Position numbers and translations under genes: made by a program
DNA from: Vicinamibacterales bacterium
GTDB taxonomy: Bacteria; Acidobacteriota; Vicinamibacteria; Vicinamibacterales; 2-12-FULL-66-21
DNA: 64,000 bases
Assembly (NCBI GenBank): GCA_036258175.1
Contig: DATAEE010000314.1
Span: forward strand, 11,268 to 75,267
Direction: 5' to 3'
The notes under the pieces: generated by a model
What the model saw: only the letters and a program-made list of their open reading frames with translations
Databases searched by the model: none
Told to the model about the DNA's origin: nothing
Shown: positions 8,352-18,330 of the stretch, piece by piece
How positions within the stretch are numbered: position 1 is the first letter of the stretch
How the letters are laid out: the number at the start of each line of letters is the position of its first letter

Positions 8352-8783
8352 ATGGGCAAGATGATCATTCGTCTGGTATTTATCTTCGCGATCGCCGCTG
8401 CCGTAGCCTGCGACGACGACAACGGCACGCCGACCACTCCCACGACGGTGACTCAGACCGGCGCGTTTGCCGCGCCACCGGTCCCGCCGAGCACGTTCCC
8501 GAGCAGTCCGGCGTCTCCCTCATCGCCAGCCGCTCCTAACGGACCACCTGCTCCGAATCATCCTCCGGCGCCGAATCATCCGATCTTCGGCGACGTCAAC
8601 GCAGTGAGCGGCGTCTGTCCGGTGATCCGGCTGACGGTCGGCGGGCGTGTCGTCGTGACAGATCGATCGACGATCTTCGTCATGTCGTGCCGCGCGATCC
8701 GGACGAAGACGCTCGTGAGGATCTCGGGTCGCTTCACGCCGGCCGGCACGATGATCGCGTCGGTCGTCGAGCCGACACGCTGA
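8352..8783 (+). CDS. Putative lipoprotein with a Pro-rich linker and a C-terminal DUF5666-like domain
   Basis: Signal plus lipobox: MGKMIIRLVFIFAIAAAVAC. The C-terminal pattern G..CP...V.G..VVT...T......C......V...G is shared with the ORF ending at 10392. Confidence 0.55.
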   Translation: MGKMIIRLVFIFAIAAAVACDDDNGTPTTPTTVTQTGAFAAPPVPPSTFPSSPASPSSPAAPNGPPAPNHPPAPNHPIFGDVNAVSGVCPVIRLTVGGRVVVTDRSTIFVMSCRAIRTKTLVRISGRFTPAGTMIASVVEPTR

Positions 8784-8830
8784 CCAGAGATTGACGTCGG
8801 CTCGGCCCGACGGTAGGCTCTCGGCCACTC

Positions 8831-9601
8831 ATGGCCATGCAGACGACTGCGCGCGGCGCGACAGAGCCGGCCGTCCGGCTCGAGTGGCGGCCGCGCGCGA
8901 TGCTCCGCGTCGGCTGGATGATCCTTACCGTCCTCGTCGTCGAGAGCCTGATCTTCGGACTGTCGGTCTTGCCCGCTGCGCTGTTCTGGGACTTGTTCTT
9001 TGCCCGGCCGTATCCTTCGCGTCCCGTCGCGATTGTCGCGCTCAGCATGGCGTTCATCCCGACGTACTTGATCTTCGCGTTCTCGCTCATGATGTTTTCC
9101 GCGTGGTCGACCGGTGTGCTCGGATGGCGGACGCCGCGCGACGTCGAGATGCGGATCGCGGATCTCGATTGGCCGTTGATGAACTGGGCGCGCTACATGA
9201 CGTCCGTGCACGTCGTGCGCCTGTTCGCCGGCGCGGCGTTCCGCGCCACACCGCTCTGGGCGATGTACCTGCGCGCGAACGGCGCGCGGCTCGGCAAGGG
9301 CGTCTACATCAACAGCCTCGCCGTCAACGACCACAACATGCTCGAATTCGAGGACCACGTCGTCATTGGTGACGACGTGCATCTGTCGGGTCACACGGTC
9401 GAACGGGGATTCGTGAAAACGGCCACCGTGCGGCTCGGTCGTAATTGCACGATTGGTCTCGGCAGCGTGGTCGGCATCGGTGTTTCCGCCGGGCCCGGCT
9501 GCCAGGTTGGGGCCCTCAGCCTCGTGCCGAAGTACACCAAGCTCGAGGCGAACACCACGTACGTCGGCACGCCCGTCCGCAAGCTCGAGCGAAAGCTGTA
9601 G
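8831..9601 (+). CDS. Membrane-anchored hexapeptide-repeat (left-handed beta-helix) protein, putative acyltransferase-like
   Basis: Two N-terminal hydrophobic helices, then RATPLWAMYLRANGARLGKGVYI followed by hexapeptide-like repeats (VVIGDDVHL, VRLGRNCTIGLGSVVG). Confidence 0.6.
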   Translation: MAMQTTARGATEPAVRLEWRPRAMLRVGWMILTVLVVESLIFGLSVLPAALFWDLFFARPYPSRPVAIVALSMAFIPTYLIFAFSLMMFSAWSTGVLGWRTPRDVEMRIADLDWPLMNWARYMTSVHVVRLFAGAAFRATPLWAMYLRANGARLGKGVYINSLAVNDHNMLEFEDHVVIGDDVHLSGHTVERGFVKTATVRLGRNCTIGLGSVVGIGVSAGPGCQVGALSLVPKYTKLEANTTYVGTPVRKLERKL

Positions 9602-9630
9602 CGAGTTCACGCCCGGAATTGGCGAGCGGT

Positions 9631-10392
9631 GTGCAAGCGGACAGGCCCGTGAGGCACGTTCGTGGGCCGCGCGTGTGCCTGTCTCTCCTCCTGCTGAGCT
9701 CGTCTGTCTCTCTGACTCTCTCCTGCAGCGGCCGCTCGAGCAGTACGATGGCGTCGCCCATAACGCCATCGACGACCGCGAAATGCGGCGTATCCGCGGC
9801 ACTGTCGACATCGGCATTCCCGTCACAGGGGGGTGACGGCGTCGTTCAGATCGGGACCGAACGTGAATGCGCCTGGCAAGCCAGTGCCACCGTTGCCTGG
9901 ATTCGGTTGTCCCAAACGAGTGGAACCGGTGAAGCGCGCATTTCCTTTCGAGTGGAAGCGAATGCCGCATTCAGCGGCCGCCAGGGTGGAATCGAGATTG
10001 GTGATGCCCAACTTCAGGTAGCTCAGCAGGCGGCACCACCTCCACCGCCGCCCCCCCCGCCACCACCACCACCCTCACCACAGCCACCGTCACCACCGCC
10101 GCCGGCGCCAACGCCTCCGGCTCCAACACCAACACCAACGCCAACACCGACACCGCCGCCACCACCACCGCCGACAAATGACGAAGTGCGACTGGAAGGT
10201 CCGATCGGATCGCTCACGCTCATCTGTCCCGTGCGAGCATTCTTCGTGGACGGCGAACAGGTCGTGACCAGCTTTGCGACGGACTATCGAAAGATGGATT
10301 GCGAGGATCTGCGGGAGGGGCAGCGCGTGAAGGTTCGAGGCCGCCGGCAACTGAACGGAGTGGTTCTGGCGACGAGGATCGAACGTGATTGA
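9631..10392 (+). CDS. Putative lipoprotein: Ig/BACON-like N-domain, about 50-aa poly-Pro linker, C-terminal DUF5666-like domain
   Basis: In-frame GTG at 9631 or 9649 precedes the signal/lipobox LLLLSSSVSLTLSC. The C-terminal domain is paralogous to the 8352-8783 product. The track ORF start at 9445 overlaps the upstream gene and is unlikely. Confidence 0.55.
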   Translation: MQADRPVRHVRGPRVCLSLLLLSSSVSLTLSCSGRSSSTMASPITPSTTAKCGVSAALSTSAFPSQGGDGVVQIGTERECAWQASATVAWIRLSQTSGTGEARISFRVEANAAFSGRQGGIEIGDAQLQVAQQAAPPPPPPPPPPPPPSPQPPSPPPPAPTPPAPTPTPTPTPTPPPPPPPTNDEVRLEGPIGSLTLICPVRAFFVDGEQVVTSFATDYRKMDCEDLREGQRVKVRGRRQLNGVVLATRIERD

Positions 10393-11572
10393 TCTCCGAC
10401 GAACGCTCACCATCGCCGCCGCGACTCTGCTCGTGCCGCTATCCGCCTCTGCCCAGACGGCGACTGAGGGTGGTCCGACGGCATCGGATGTGTTGACGTT
10501 CCTCCTCACCAACCAGGCCGTCGTGACCGACGACATGCTGCGCGATCGATCGGCGGCGCTCTCGACGCGGGATGCGCTCGCCAATGCCGTCGCAGTCGCG
10601 CTGGCGTCGCTCCCGCTCGCATCTTCGTCCGGGGGCTTCGCCTATCGCTTCAACTCCGAGCTGGGCACGCTCGAGCGGGTGAGCGACAGCTTCGGGCCGG
10701 CGTTCGTCGAGCGCGCCCTTGCCGCGCCGCGAGGACGGATCAGCGTCGGCGTGTCCCTTCAATCGACCCCCTTCGACGAACTCGATCGGGTGCCCCTCGA
10801 CGAAGGGGTCGTCATGATCGCAAATCGCTTCCGCGACGAACCGGCCGCGTTCGACGTGGAGTCCCTCGTACTCGACATGAGCGTCACGTCCCTCACCGTA
10901 ACGGCGAGCGCGGGCCTTGGCGGCGGAGTCGAAGTGGGCGTGGCCGCGCCGTTCGTGCGATTGGCGATGTCCGGCGAACGTACGAACATCTACCGGGGCC
11001 AGCGTTTTCGGCAGGCATCCGGAGAGGTCACGGCGACCGGCATCGGGGATATCGCGGTGCGTGCCAAATACCAGGCGCTGCGCGTCGGCAGCAGCGGCGT
11101 AGGCGTCGCCGCCGATCTCAGACTGCCTACCGGACGCGAGGAAGATCTGCTCGGCGCCGGGTCGACGACCCTGCGCCTGATGGGCATCGCTTCATACGAG
11201 CGCGGCGCTTTCGCCGTGCACGGAAACGGATCCGTGGGCATCGGCGGCGCGGGCGAGGGCTGGGGAGGTGCCGGCGCGGTGTCGCTCGCCGCAAGTCCGC
11301 GGATGACCATCTCCGGCGAGGTGATCATCGATCGCCTGGACAAGCTGCGGGGTCTGGAACCGCAAATCTCCGCGCATCCGTCGATCACGGGTGTGGAGAC
11401 CTCGCGGCTCGCCGCCGGCTCGACATCTGGAGTGCGGGCGCTCGTCGTCGCCGGCCTAAAGTGGAACGTTCACGGCCCGTGGTTAATGGGCGCGCAGGTC
11501 TTCTGGCCGCTGACGGATCGAGGGTTGACCGCCGGCCCGGCGCCTGTGGTGGCGCTCGAGCGAGCCTGGTAA
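10385..11572 (+). CDS. Putative outer-membrane beta-barrel protein (transporter / MetA-pathway-like family)
   Basis: Signal peptide is ...LLVPLSASAQT. Alternating-hydrophobicity strands and a GIGDIAVRAKY motif are present. The GTG start overlaps the upstream stop by 8 nt. Confidence 0.55.
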   Translation: MIDLRRTLTIAAATLLVPLSASAQTATEGGPTASDVLTFLLTNQAVVTDDMLRDRSAALSTRDALANAVAVALASLPLASSSGGFAYRFNSELGTLERVSDSFGPAFVERALAAPRGRISVGVSLQSTPFDELDRVPLDEGVVMIANRFRDEPAAFDVESLVLDMSVTSLTVTASAGLGGGVEVGVAAPFVRLAMSGERTNIYRGQRFRQASGEVTATGIGDIAVRAKYQALRVGSSGVGVAADLRLPTGREEDLLGAGSTTLRLMGIASYERGAFAVHGNGSVGIGGAGEGWGGAGAVSLAASPRMTISGEVIIDRLDKLRGLEPQISAHPSITGVETSRLAAGSTSGVRALVVAGLKWNVHGPWLMGAQVFWPLTDRGLTAGPAPVVALERAW

Positions 11573-11625
11573 GTCGCAGATCAACGCTGGTAAACGCAAG
11601 TACGAGGCGCTTCGGAAGCGGGAGT

Positions 11626-12513
11626 TTAGCGCACCTCGGCGGATTCGATTGTCCAGCCGATGGCCCGGCGGCGGAATTGAAAGTGCCACGCGCGCCGGAC
11701 GTCGTTCTGCGCGCGGCCAACTTTTGGAACGTACCACGCCCGGCCTGAGCACGATGCGAATGCAGCCTGGGCATCGCGCCAGATGTCGCATCGTTCGAAC
11801 TCGATCCGCTGGGAGGTCAAACCATCGAAGGCGCGCGCGAGCGCTGCCTCGTCGACGCCAGGCCAGACCGCGCGCGCCGCTGCGGCGTCGAGCCGCTCGT
11901 AGGCGTCGCGGTAGCGCTCGATCACTTTCCGCACATCCTGTTCGACGTTGACCACCGCAGGCGCCGGGTTGATTGCGGCAGGGGCAGCCGGCGGCGCCGG
12001 CCTGCTCTCCGCCAGTGTCGAAACCAGCGGCGCGATCGGTTCCGCCGGCGCTGATTCCGCGGGCGCCGGTGTATGAGGTGTCGCCACGGGCGGCGGCTCT
12101 GGTTCGGGCGCTGGTTTGGCCTCCGGCTTGGGCTCTGGTTCCGACCGGAAAGCAGGAGGCGTTAGCTGAGAGGATTGGGCTGGCGGCACGACAAGCGCGG
12201 TCGCTTCAACCGGACCGGCAGCAGCCGCCGATTGTTCCGCGACGACTGCTGGAGCGAATGGAACTCGCAATACGGTGACGGCGGAATCGCGCCGCTGGAG
12301 CGACACCACCACCGCGTCGGGGTTCTCGACCCTGTGGAGCGCGGACGGTGACCGCCGCTGGCCGCCCGGTGGCGCCGCCATCAGTCCGATCACGAATGCG
12401 GCGATGATGACGATCGCCCAGCGCAAGCGCATGCGCCGGCGCCGCGAGAGGTAGCGCGCTCGCATGCGGCGTTCGAAGCTCTGCCACTCAGGCGTATCGA
12501 CGTGCGAGCCCAT
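11626..12513 (-). CDS. Hypothetical membrane-anchored protein with an Ala/Pro-rich spacer and an NTF2/SnoaL-like C-terminal domain
   Basis: One TM helix (WAIVIIAAFVIGLMA). The C-terminal VRKVIERYRDAYERLDAAA..W pattern resembles the NTF2-like fold. The start is ambiguous (12513 or 12534). Confidence 0.45.
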   Translation of the reverse strand: MGSHVDTPEWQSFERRMRARYLSRRRRMRLRWAIVIIAAFVIGLMAAPPGGQRRSPSALHRVENPDAVVVSLQRRDSAVTVLRVPFAPAVVAEQSAAAAGPVEATALVVPPAQSSQLTPPAFRSEPEPKPEAKPAPEPEPPPVATPHTPAPAESAPAEPIAPLVSTLAESRPAPPAAPAAINPAPAVVNVEQDVRKVIERYRDAYERLDAAAARAVWPGVDEAALARAFDGLTSQRIEFERCDIWRDAQAAFASCSGRAWYVPKVGRAQNDVRRAWHFQFRRRAIGWTIESAEVR

Positions 12514-12625
12514 GCATTCCTGTCCGCGGCGCATTCTGCAAGAGGCGAGCCGAGTTGCTCATTCACCGCTGCTGCGTTACCATCCTTGGTTTAGGTTCCC
12601 TCCGAAAACGCTCGCTGTAGCAGGC

Positions 12626-15583
12626 ATGGTTGACCACGCATCGGGCACCGCCGGCCCGCTCGTCGTTCGCGGCGCGCGGACGCACAACCTCAAGAACGTC
12701 GACGTGACGCTTCCCGCCGAGCGTCTCATCGTCATGACCGGCGTGAGCGGCTCGGGTAAATCGTCGCTCGCTTTCGACACCATCTACGCGGAAGGCCAGC
12801 GGCGCTACGTCGAATCGCTGTCGGCGTATGCGCGCCAGTTTCTCGAACGGATGGAGAAACCGGACGTCGATCGGATCGAGGGCATCTCGCCCGCGATCGC
12901 GATTCGTCAGAAGAACAGCGTCCGGAATCCGCGCTCCACTGTGGGCACGACCACCGAAATCCACGACTATCTGCGGTTGCTCTACGCGCGCATCGGCCGC
13001 ACCTTCTGCCGCAGCTGCGGGAAGGAGGTCATCCGCGAAACGGCCGAGGTCGTCGCGCGCCGGCTTGCGGCGCTCCCGGCGGGCACCCGGCTGCTCATCG
13101 GCTTCGACATGCCGATCGTGTCGCTGGCGCCACGGGCGTCGGCGGCGGATGAACCCGAGCTTGACGAATCAGACGACCTCGTCGAGGCCAATGGCGGCCG
13201 TGGCAACGGCGCCGGCGCCGGAGCGGCCGAAGCCGTTCGCGCGGCGCTCGAGAGCCTGCGCAAGAAAGGGTTCGGCCGCGTGCTGGTTGACGGCCACGCG
13301 GTTGCGCTCGAGGAGGTCGACCCCGCGTCCATGAAGGACCGGACGAGCCTTCAGATCATTGTCGATCGCGTTCGCATCGAGCACGCCGCAGACGGAAAAG
13401 AGGCAGGTGGCGAAAACGATGAGCTTCGGACCCGCCTGACCGACTCCATCGAAACCGCCTACCTCGAGGGCGGGGGAGCGGCGTTCGCCATCCAGGTCGA
13501 CGATCGACCCGACGCGACCACGATCCACCGGTTCAGCGAGCGGTTCGAATGCCGCGACTGCGGGATCATCTACGAAGCGCCGCAGCCACGACTGTTCTCG
13601 TTCAATAACCCGTTTGGCGCCTGCCCGACGTGTCATGGCTTCGGCAACGTCATCGAGCTGGACATGGATCTGGTCGTTCCGGATCCAACGCGTTCCATCC
13701 AGCAGAACGCGATCGAGCCGTGGAGCAAGCCGCACTACCGCGCGCACCTTGTGGAGCTGAAGCGCGCCGCGCGCACGACGGGTGTGCGGACCGACATCCC
13801 GTGGGCCGAGCTGACAGCGGATGAGAAGCGCTTCGTCATGGAAGGCGACGGCGACTACGAAGGCGTCAAAGGCTTCTTCCGCTGGCTCGAGCGGAAGAAA
13901 TACAAGGTGCACGTTCGCGTCTTCCTGAGTCGATACCGCGGCTATCTGACCTGCCCGGAGTGCAACGGCGCGCGCCTGCGCCGCGAAGCGCGCGACGTCC
14001 GGGTCGGCACCATAACCATCGATGCACTCTGCGCGATGACTGTTCGCGACGCCGACCGGTTCTTCGCCGGTCTCGAGCTCTCAGAGAAGGACGCGACCAT
14101 CGCCGGCAAGGTCCTGCTCGAAATCCGGAAGCGGCTGACATTCCTGAAGGATGTCGGCCTCGACTACCTGACTCTGGATCGGTTGTCGTCGACGCTTTCG
14201 GGAGGCGAGTCACAGCGGATCAGCCTCGCGACCTCGCTTGGATCGGCGCTCGTCGGAACGTTGTACGTTCTCGACGAGCCATCAATCGGGCTTCATCCTC
14301 GCGACAACGAGCGCTTGATCGCCATCCTCCGGCAGCTTCGCGACCAGGGGAATACCGTTCTCGTCGTCGAGCACGACGCTGACATGATCCGCGTCGCCGA
14401 CTACATCGTCGATCTGGGGCTTGGCGCCGGCGAGCAGGGCGGGAAGATCGTTTTTGCCGGGCCTGTAGACGGGCTCCGTCAGGAACCGCGATCGCTTACC
14501 GCAAAGTACATGCGCGATGAGCTCGCGATTCCGGTGCCTGCGTCACGGCGCAAACCGACCGCCCAGAAGCTGCGGCTGCTCGGCGCGTCGGAGCACAACC
14601 TGAAGAACATCGACGTCGAGATACCGCTCGGCACGCTGACGTGCGTGACGGGGGTGAGCGGCTCAGGCAAGTCCACGCTGGTGCACGACGTGTTGTACGC
14701 CGGACTCAAGCGGGTAAAAGGGGAGTGGGATCGCCGCGTCGGCCTGCACCGGCGACTCGACGGCTCCGAGCTGCTGAGCGATGTCGTCCTCGTGGATCAA
14801 GCGCCGATCGGCCGGACGCCGCGATCGAATCCGGTGACGTATCTGAAGGCGTTCGACCCGATCCGCGAGCTGTTTGCCGCGACGAAGGACGCGCGCTCGA
14901 GAGGATTGTCGGCGAGCCACTTCTCGTTCAACGTCCCCGGCGGCCGGTGCGAGGCGTGCGAAGGCGAGGGTGACGTGCGCGTCGAAATGCAGTTCCTCGC
15001 CGACGTGTTCGTACCGTGCGAGCATTGCGACGGCAAACGGTTCAAGCCGCTGGTTCTGGAGGTGAAGTACCGCGGGCGCTCCGTCGACCAGGTGCTCGAC
15101 ATGACGGTCCGCGAGGCGCTGGCTTTCTTCTCCAATTCGCCTAAGGTCCTGCGCCGGCTCCAGGTACTCGACGAAATCGGCCTGGGCTATCTTCGCCTGG
15201 GGCAGCCCGCGACAACGTTGTCGGGTGGGGAAGCACAGCGCATCAAGATCGCGGCGCACCTCGCGTCAACGACCGGCGAGCGCATCCTTTATATGCTCGA
15301 CGAGCCGACCACCGGCCTCCACTTCGACGACATCGCCAAGCTCCTCGCGGCTTTCCGCAAGCTGCTCCAGGCAGGCCACAGCCTGCTGGTGATCGAGCAC
15401 AACCTGGATGTGGTCAAGACGGCCGACTGGGTGATCGATCTCGGCCCGGAAGGCGGCGACGAAGGCGGAGAAATCGTCGCCGCCGGCACGCCGGAACAGG
15501 TTGCGCAGGTGCCCGCCTCGCATACGGGCCGGTACCTGCAGTCGGTGCTCGCGGCCGGCCGGTCGCACGCCTACTCTTCATGA
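12626..15583 (+). CDS. uvrA: Excinuclease ABC subunit A
   Basis: Unmistakable UvrA sequence: [13 protein letters not shown], two ABC modules with [14 protein letters not shown] and [16 protein letters not shown] signatures and Zn-finger cysteines. The ATG at 12626 fits the conserved N-terminus. Confidence 0.95.
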   Translation: MVDHASGTAGPLVVRGARTHNLKNVDVTLPAERLIVMTGVSGSGKSSLAFDTIYAEGQRRYVESLSAYARQFLERMEKPDVDRIEGISPAIAIRQKNSVRNPRSTVGTTTEIHDYLRLLYARIGRTFCRSCGKEVIRETAEVVARRLAALPAGTRLLIGFDMPIVSLAPRASAADEPELDESDDLVEANGGRGNGAGAGAAEAVRAALESLRKKGFGRVLVDGHAVALEEVDPASMKDRTSLQIIVDRVRIEHAADGKEAGGENDELRTRLTDSIETAYLEGGGAAFAIQVDDRPDATTIHRFSERFECRDCGIIYEAPQPRLFSFNNPFGACPTCHGFGNVIELDMDLVVPDPTRSIQQNAIEPWSKPHYRAHLVELKRAARTTGVRTDIPWAELTADEKRFVMEGDGDYEGVKGFFRWLERKKYKVHVRVFLSRYRGYLTCPECNGARLRREARDVRVGTITIDALCAMTVRDADRFFAGLELSEKDATIAGKVLLEIRKRLTFLKDVGLDYLTLDRLSSTLSGGESQRISLATSLGSALVGTLYVLDEPSIGLHPRDNERLIAILRQLRDQGNTVLVVEHDADMIRVADYIVDLGLGAGEQGGKIVFAGPVDGLRQEPRSLTAKYMRDELAIPVPASRRKPTAQKLRLLGASEHNLKNIDVEIPLGTLTCVTGVSGSGKSTLVHDVLYAGLKRVKGEWDRRVGLHRRLDGSELLSDVVLVDQAPIGRTPRSNPVTYLKAFDPIRELFAATKDARSRGLSASHFSFNVPGGRCEACEGEGDVRVEMQFLADVFVPCEHCDGKRFKPLVLEVKYRGRSVDQVLDMTVREALAFFSNSPKVLRRLQVLDEIGLGYLRLGQPATTLSGGEAQRIKIAAHLASTTGERILYMLDEPTTGLHFDDIAKLLAAFRKLLQAGHSLLVIEHNLDVVKTADWVIDLGPEGGDEGGEIVAAGTPEQVAQVPASHTGRYLQSVLAAGRSHAYSS

Positions 15584-16623
15584 GTTGCAGACTCCACAGA
15601 GTCGGCGGCTTGACGCCAGTCGCTTCAGTCCTGGGGTTCGTATCGATCCTCGGGCTGGTGGCGCGGGCTCAGACGACTGCAGCGAACTACGACGCCATCA
15701 CGAACAGCGCCGTCCCTCGTCTGCAGATCGAATCCATCGATGCCGTGCTCCGCGGGTATCTTGCAGAGGAGCCATCGGGCGGCGGCAGCCTGGCGGAAAG
15801 CGCCTTCTCGTATGGTCCAATCGCCACGGTTTCTCGACCGGTGCCGCCGGGCCTCGCGGCCGCGCTCGTCGCTGCGAGCCAGGATGACGACGCGCGCGTA
15901 CGACGCGAAGCGCTCTTCACCCTCGGCACGATCGGCGCGCCGCTGACGCCCGAGGAGGCTGCGTCGATGGCCGCCCTGCTGAAGCACGACGATCCACACA
16001 CGCGGGAAGCCGCCGCCGTGGTGGCGGGTCGACTGCGGCTGAAGTCGGCAGGGGATGCGCTGATCGAGGCCATCAACGATCGCGACCCGAAGGTCAAAGC
16101 CGCGGCGATGCGGGCGATCGGTCAGATCGGCGACGTGCGCGCGGTGCAGAGTCTGAACGACCAGCTCAACCACTACAAGCGAGGTGATCTCGCGACCGCC
16201 GCGTTCGAAGGGCTCGCCGGGATCGGCCACGGATCAAACGTTCCCGCGTTCGAAACGGCGCTCCGCGATCGGGACGACGACGTGCGCCGGCTTGCCGCAG
16301 AGGGTATCGGGCGCAGCGGCAATGCTGCCTCCTCGAGGGCGCTCGAAGCGGCGCTCGCAAAAGAGCGGGACCGGTTTCCGCAGCTCGCGATAGCGTTCGC
16401 GCTGAGCCGGCTGGGCCAGCCGTTCCAGCACCGGCTCGTCGAAGCGCTTCGGGAGCCGCTGACTGCACCACAAGCCTTTGCATACCTCGTGGAGCTGGCG
16501 CCCCAATCTCGCAGTACGCTCGAATCCCTTCTCCGAGATCCGGATGCGCGCCTGCGCGGGGTCGCGCAGCGGGCGCTCGATCGGATCAATGCGGAGCGGG
16601 CGGTCCCCACGCCTGTTCGCTGA
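15580..16623 (+). CDS. HEAT (PBS-lyase-type) repeat protein with a signal-peptide-like N-terminus
   Basis: Repeats include DDARVRREALFTLGTIG, DPHTREAAAVVAGRLR, DRDPKVKAAAMRAIGQIGD and DDDVRRLAAEGIGRSGN. The start overlaps the uvrA stop (ATGA). Confidence 0.7.
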   Translation: MSCRLHRVGGLTPVASVLGFVSILGLVARAQTTAANYDAITNSAVPRLQIESIDAVLRGYLAEEPSGGGSLAESAFSYGPIATVSRPVPPGLAAALVAASQDDDARVRREALFTLGTIGAPLTPEEAASMAALLKHDDPHTREAAAVVAGRLRLKSAGDALIEAINDRDPKVKAAAMRAIGQIGDVRAVQSLNDQLNHYKRGDLATAAFEGLAGIGHGSNVPAFETALRDRDDDVRRLAAEGIGRSGNAASSRALEAALAKERDRFPQLAIAFALSRLGQPFQHRLVEALREPLTAPQAFAYLVELAPQSRSTLESLLRDPDARLRGVAQRALDRINAERAVPTPVR

Positions 16624-16630
16624 ATATCCG

Positions 16631-17242
16631 ATGCCGGTTCTGTCCCGGTCGTTTTTCGATCGGCCGACGCTGCAGGTCGCGCAGGATCTCATCGGCATGG
16701 TGCTCGTCCACGAAACCCGCTCTGGCCGGGCTTCGGGCGCCATCGTCGAGGCGGAGGCGTACATCGGCGAGGCGGATCCTGCGTGCCATGCGGCGCCGGG
16801 GCCGACGCGCAGGAACGAGCCCCTCTACGGTCCGCCCGGCATCGCGTACGTCTATCTGAACTACGGACTCCACTACCTGGTGAACGCCGTGACGGAAGCC
16901 TCCGGTTCGCCCGCGGCGGTGCTGATCCGGGCACTCGAGCCGCTGGAGGGCGTCGAACTGATGCGCCGGCGCCGCGCGCGCGGCACGGCGCGGCGCGCGT
17001 CAGAGTTCGACACCGCGGAACTGTGTCGGGGGCCCGGCAATCTTACGCGCGCGCTCGGCATCACATTCCGGCAGAATCGATGGGATTTGACCGGCGGACC
17101 ACTGCGGATAGAGGATCGCGGTCTCACTCGCGGCCGGCGCCTTGGATGGACGCGGCGGATCGGCATCAGCGTCGGCGTCGAACAGGAATGGCGGGTGGTT
17201 GATCTCTCCAGCGCAGCGGTGACATATGCGCGCCTGTCATGA
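16631..17242 (+). CDS. mpg: DNA-3-methyladenine glycosylase (Mpg/AAG family)
   Basis: Family pattern FFDRPTLQVAQDLIG..LV...........IVE.EAY.G..DPA.HA......RN..L.GPPG.AYVY..YG. Confidence 0.85.
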   Translation: MPVLSRSFFDRPTLQVAQDLIGMVLVHETRSGRASGAIVEAEAYIGEADPACHAAPGPTRRNEPLYGPPGIAYVYLNYGLHYLVNAVTEASGSPAAVLIRALEPLEGVELMRRRRARGTARRASEFDTAELCRGPGNLTRALGITFRQNRWDLTGGPLRIEDRGLTRGRRLGWTRRIGISVGVEQEWRVVDLSSAAVTYARLS

Positions 17243-18330
17243 GCCCTGAGCTTCACGACCGACCCTCGAACATGTCGCGGCGGCGCGTCTGGATGTTCGT
17301 GATCCTGGCAGCCGTCAGCATCGCGCTCGGCGCGCTCTACGCCACGCTTGCAAAGCGTCGCGTACCCTCCGGCGCTTCTGGCGCGCCCGCCGCATCCACG
17401 TCAGCGCTGGCTCCGCCGCCGGCCGACCTTCAGCAGCGGCCGCACGTCGTTTTCCTGAGCGCGGCGCCGGCAACGTGGGGACGCGTACTCGTCGCGGATC
17501 CCGGGGTGCCCGCAGCGCCGCGGTACGTAACGGATCTCGTCTGCGACCGCGTGCACGTCGCCGCGGGCCACGGTGTGTGCTTGACGGTCGACGACGCCAT
17601 CCTCGGCCGGTACAGAGTTGATCTCTTCGACGGCTCGTTCCGGCGGGTGCGGAGTCTGCCCCTGCCCGGCTACCCGAGCCGCGCGCGCGTTTCGCCGGAC
17701 GGCCGGTACGGCGCCTTCACGGTCTTCGTCTCCGGGCACTCGTATGCGGTCACCGGTTTCTCGACACGCACCGAGATCCTCGACCTGGCGGCCGGGGAGT
17801 CGTTCGGTGACCTCGAGACGTTCCGGATCAGCCGCGGCGGCGAGCGATTGGCCGCTCCCGATTTCAACTTCTGGGGAGTAACGTTTGTCGGCGAGTCGCC
17901 GCGGTTCTACGCGACGCTCGCGACCGGCGGGCGAACGTACTTGATCGAAGGGGACGTGACCACGCGGAGCGCCGTGGCGCTGCGCGAGAATGCCGAATGT
18001 CCGTCGGTCTCTCCGGATGGCACCCGCGTGGTGTTCAAGCGACGACTGGCGACGTTCGCCAATCTCCGCTGGCAGCTCACGGTGCTCGATCTGCGGACGC
18101 AGCAGGAAACGCCGCTCGCGGCGGAATCATCGAGCGTAGACGACCAGGCAGAATGGCTGGACGCGGAGCAGATCGTGTACGGCATCCCGGATCGATCGGG
18201 CCGTGCCGCAGACTCGCCGGACCTCTGGGTCGTCAGGGCAGATGGCACCGGCGCGCCGCAGCTTTTTCTGCCGGACGCGGCGTCGCCAGCCGTGGTACGA
18301 GGCGTTAGCCTCGTCTCCGGACGACGCTGA
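17239..18330 (+). CDS. TolB-like beta-propeller protein (N-terminal TM anchor)
   Basis: TM helix is VWMFVILAAVSIALGALYA. WD40-like beta-propeller repeats SPDGRYGAFTV and SPDGTRVVFKR are present. The start overlaps the mpg stop. Confidence 0.6.
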   Translation: MSPELHDRPSNMSRRRVWMFVILAAVSIALGALYATLAKRRVPSGASGAPAASTSALAPPPADLQQRPHVVFLSAAPATWGRVLVADPGVPAAPRYVTDLVCDRVHVAAGHGVCLTVDDAILGRYRVDLFDGSFRRVRSLPLPGYPSRARVSPDGRYGAFTVFVSGHSYAVTGFSTRTEILDLAAGESFGDLETFRISRGGERLAAPDFNFWGVTFVGESPRFYATLATGGRTYLIEGDVTTRSAVALRENAECPSVSPDGTRVVFKRRLATFANLRWQLTVLDLRTQQETPLAAESSSVDDQAEWLDAEQIVYGIPDRSGRAADSPDLWVVRADGTGAPQLFLPDAASPAVVRGVSLVSGRR

